A DNA stretch of 64,000 bases from positions 8,990,001 to 9,054,000 of the forward strand of contig CP075493.1 in NCBI GenBank assembly GCA_021613535.1, read 5' to 3'. This DNA is from Adineta vaga. Lineage: Eukaryota > Animalia > Rotifera. Below the pieces are notes generated by a model. It was not told the DNA's origin. It worked only from the letters and a program-made list of their open reading frames with translations, and ran no database searches. This document shows, piece by piece, positions 62,785 through 64,000 of this stretch (position 1 is its first letter; each line of letters opens with the position of its first letter). Position numbers and translations under genes: made by a program.

Positions 62785-63877
62785 ATGGTAACATTATTTG
62801 ATACACATTCGAATCAGAGTAATACATGTTTTGCTTGCGGATCGTTGGTCTATGCTGTAGAAAAGAAACTCACAACAAATCATGTGAGTTATTTAAAGAA
62901 GAAACAAGATATTTTATCATTGGAAATTGTCTTTTAGGTTTATCATAATCGATGTTTTCGTTGTCGAATATGTAAACGAAACTTAACTGGATATTCACTT
63001 AATGAAGAAGGTGATGATATTTACTGTGGAAGTAAGTCAAAAACAAATGTCCGCCTTCTTCTTCTTCATCTTATAATGATTATTTGACTTAGATTGTTAT
63101 CGACGAAAATTACGAGGCGATTGTAATAGTTTTGAATTTTATCGTGCAGCTGCAGAAAAAGCACAGTATGTTCACAATCGTCATCATCCAGATGCAAACA
63201 ATGGTTCGATTAATTCACGTTCAAGAAGTCTTCGCGAATCATCACGAAATCCATCCTTGACATTGAGACATTTAGAAAGACAATTTCTGTCATATCGCGA
63301 ACCAAAGACTAACAATCACGATGAAGTTTGTTGAATTCGTGTTTCTTCCATATCTTTATTTCTTTACATTCTTTTTTGTTTCATTTAGTTAATCAATGAT
63401 ATTGCACAAAAACCTCTCTTCACAACGCAACCTTTAACGATCAATACTAGCTTTTCACTACCTGTTAATTTAACAAATATTCGACATGATGATTTATTAC
63501 TAACAAAAAATGAACCGTCACCACGTTTATCACGTCTTTTCTCTCCATCTCCAACGATTCGTACTGAAACAACGATTACACCACGAATTAGTTCTCATCC
63601 AAACGAGATTATTCTTAATACAGAACCAAATAAATCAATTGTTTCACCCACAGGCAGTGCAACGGGTGGTATTGAATTTCGTTTACATAAAAGTAGTATT
63701 GATTTAACTAATATTACATCACCAACAACAAATCGTAAAAGTATAATTATACCAGATCTCGATAAAAATAATGATGAAATAGAAAATAAATTTCGCTTTC
63801 CTGATATTAAAATTACATCGATACGTCGACGAAGTATCAGTGCACATCCACGGAAAAAAATTATTCATGCTGAATAA
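62785..63877 (+). CDS. Single LIM-domain protein (CRP/LIMD2-like LIM) with low-complexity C-terminus
   Basis: CFACGSLVYAVEK...|VYHNRCFRCRICKRNL...IYCG|NCY. Exons about 62785-62883, 62938-63031, 63093-63326, 63389-63877. Confidence 0.85.
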
Positions 63878-64000
63878 AATGAAAATATCTTGTATTTTTT
63901 TAACATTTAGTAACAGTAAAATTTCGATGGAATATATATATATATATACATACATACATTTCATGTCTTTTTCAATTATATTAACTGCTTAAGAGAGTCA

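Noticed and set aside
1-64000. CRISPR-like arrays, tRNA/rRNA genes, intact transposons, alternative genetic code
   Set aside because: No regular repeat-spacer array, cloverleaf or transposase/RT ORF seen; conserved genes translate with the standard code once introns are removed.

Overview
AT-rich, gene-dense eukaryotic (metazoan) DNA with many short (about 45-60 nt) GT-AG introns. Composition, intron size and gene families (ART pseudogene, NHL/EGF/TM receptor, intronless HGT-like genes) suggest a bdelloid rotifer; this is an inference. About 21 protein-coding genes can be rebuilt by splicing: an ankyrin-WGR-PARP (5' truncated), EEPD1, a small TM protein, an intronless orphan, Lbx, PUDP/HDHD1, SHMT, a Ly6/uPAR protein, an arrestin-fold protein, a CABIT-like protein, DDX1, WARS2, PDXK, a large propeller-mucin-EGF receptor, a GT47-like glycosyltransferase, NDPK, PRKRIP1, RPL7A, GTF2F2, an Ihog/BOC/CDON-like receptor, cathepsin B and a LIM protein. 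There is also an ART pseudogene and a degenerate tandem duplication. The most notable observations are: (1) operon-like same-strand chains with 33-200 nt gaps and 3' splice acceptors just before the downstream ATG (PDXK-WARS2-DDX1; GTF2F2-RPL7A-PRKRIP1); (2) a candidate polycistronic box C/D snoRNA cluster near 42.1-42.6 kb; (3) two horizontal-transfer candidates; (4) single-base frame anomalies in otherwise intact genes (PARP, PDXK, Ihog-like), which may be assembly errors. I found no tRNA, rRNA, CRISPR array or intact transposon. All family assignments come from motif recognition, not database searches.
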